Positions 62,925 through 64,000 of a DNA stretch of 64,000 nt are shown one piece after another. The stretch comes from an uncultured virus (IMG/VR IMGVR_UViG_3300049445_000078) (Duplodnaviria; Heunggongvirae; Uroviricota; Caudoviricetes). The notes beneath the pieces were generated by a model. It was not told where the DNA came from. It worked only from the letters and a program-made list of their open reading frames with translations, and searched no databases. Location: the IMG/VR virus record IMGVR_UViG_3300049445_000078, one strand, 5' to 3'. A program made the position numbers and the translations under genes. The stretch's first letter is position 1, and every line of letters starts with the position of its first letter.

Positions 62925-63175
62925 TGCTTTGTCCGTACTGTCGCGCCCCAATCAACCGTAAGATAGAATTCATCCTTATGGTCCCGCGTCATAAGAAGAT
63001 TGTCGATGCCGTTATAGAAGCTGGTCCGGAAGGAATAGAGAGGAAGGAGTTCGAGAAGCAATTCTTCAAGCCCAATCGTTCTCCAACCACAGTGAGAACA
63101 ACACTCAATCGGTTGAATAGCAAGATAAAGCCCTTGAAGTTTTCAACGAGGAACGGCAGGGTAAGGATTGTTTAG
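62921..63175 (+). CDS. Zn-ribbon plus winged-helix-like protein
   Basis: CPYC; SPTTVRTTLNRLNSKI. Confidence 0.55.
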   Translation: MMLCPYCRAPINRKIEFILMVPRHKKIVDAVIEAGPEGIERKEFEKQFFKPNRSPTTVRTTLNRLNSKIKPLKFSTRNGRVRIV

Positions 63176-63628
63176 TTAATGCTTAAAGGCTACTACGATG
63201 CCGATGGCATAGGAGATTGTCATGACGACGCCGACAATTATTGATCCTATGAGAGCTAGGCCCCTTGTCTTAGTCTGCGCCTCCGTTTCAATTCTTGAAA
63301 CTCTATTGGAAATTCCATCAATCTTGTCTTTTAGACTCGTATAAGTGGCTTCATATTCTTTTCGTGATAAGAAATCAGTAGCTTGATCCGATAGCGTTTT
63401 TCTGAATTCATTAACCCCTTCAAATCTTCGTTCGGTAGCAATTTCTGCCTTGGTAACGGCTTCCTTGGAGGTAGCGAGTGCTGACTTAACGGCTTCATCT
63501 TGCGCTATTGCACGTTGATTATAGCGCTTATCGCGCTCGTCCATAAGCTGTTCAAATGCAGCGAGTTTGGCCTCCAGCGCGGTTTCGCGGGTGACCAATT
63601 CTCCATGTGAGCATCCATCCTTAGTCAT
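63176..63628 (-). CDS. Coiled-coil protein with C-terminal TM helix (lysis-module-like)
   Basis: RFEGVNEFR motif and hydrophobic C-terminus. Confidence 0.6.
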   Translation of the reverse strand: MTKDGCSHGELVTRETALEAKLAAFEQLMDERDKRYNQRAIAQDEAVKSALATSKEAVTKAEIATERRFEGVNEFRKTLSDQATDFLSRKEYEATYTSLKDKIDGISNRVSRIETEAQTKTRGLALIGSIIVGVVMTISYAIGIVVAFKH

Positions 63629-63895
63629 TTATCCCAACAAATCCTTGTCTGTAGCATCTGCGAAGTTGATCTTGACACTCCCGTTCAATCGAAGTGCCCA
63701 TCTTTCTAGGAACATGACGCGCTTTCTGAGAATATCATGCTCGGTTGACCACTGGTCCTCAGTGACGTGACCATTTATTTGTCGTTCTAGCTGAGTGAAC
63801 TTATTGGAGAGCCAGAACACAGAACTGATGAGTGCAACACTCCAAGTTAGAAACAGCCCCATAGCCGTGACGATAACCGTACCGTCGATTCCCAT
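63629..63895 (-). CDS. Small membrane protein (holin-like)
   Basis: N-terminal TM helix; abuts 63176..63628. Confidence 0.5.
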   Translation of the reverse strand: MGIDGTVIVTAMGLFLTWSVALISSVFWLSNKFTQLERQINGHVTEDQWSTEHDILRKRVMFLERWALRLNGSVKINFADATDKDLLG

Positions 63896-64000
63896 TTTAT
63901 GTTCCTGCCTTGGTTTAACAGAGTCATTGGTTTCCCTTTACCGTCTTCAGCGTCTTTAGTTGAGATTCCAGTCTTGACTTGGTATCTTGCTCATCCTGTA

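Overview
This window is 64 kb of a tailed dsDNA phage genome (podovirus-like). GcrA, DnaA-domain-IV and GTTC-N7-GTTC motifs point to an alphaproteobacterial host. Layout: (i) 1-29219, a minus-strand virion operon with TerL, portal, GroES, scaffold, capsid, Ser/Thr-rich accessory virion proteins, adaptor/nozzle, tail fibre and ejection protein, plus two free-standing HNH genes; (ii) 29298-37709, a plus-strand pseudaminic-acid-type (nonulosonic acid) biosynthesis operon, lying with a glycoside-hydrolase-like gene between TerL and TerS (42899-43423); (iii) 43.4-63.2 kb, early, regulatory and replication genes. Main observations: (1) the TerL intein has no in-frame endonuclease but fully contains a separate HNH gene in another frame with its own Shine-Dalgarno; (2) a phage-encoded CMP-nonulosonate pathway and a GT42/Maf-like transferase among Ser/Thr-rich virion genes suggest sialic-acid-like virion glycosylation; (3) six candidate host LexA boxes lie mostly at early promoters; (4) eight early genes share a covarying hairpin over the ribosome-binding site; (5) several intergenic regions look like structured RNAs; (6) a shared hydrophobic-[AK]-x-G-G motif recurs in disordered virion proteins. 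All assignments are by-eye motif recognition; no searches or folding programs were run.
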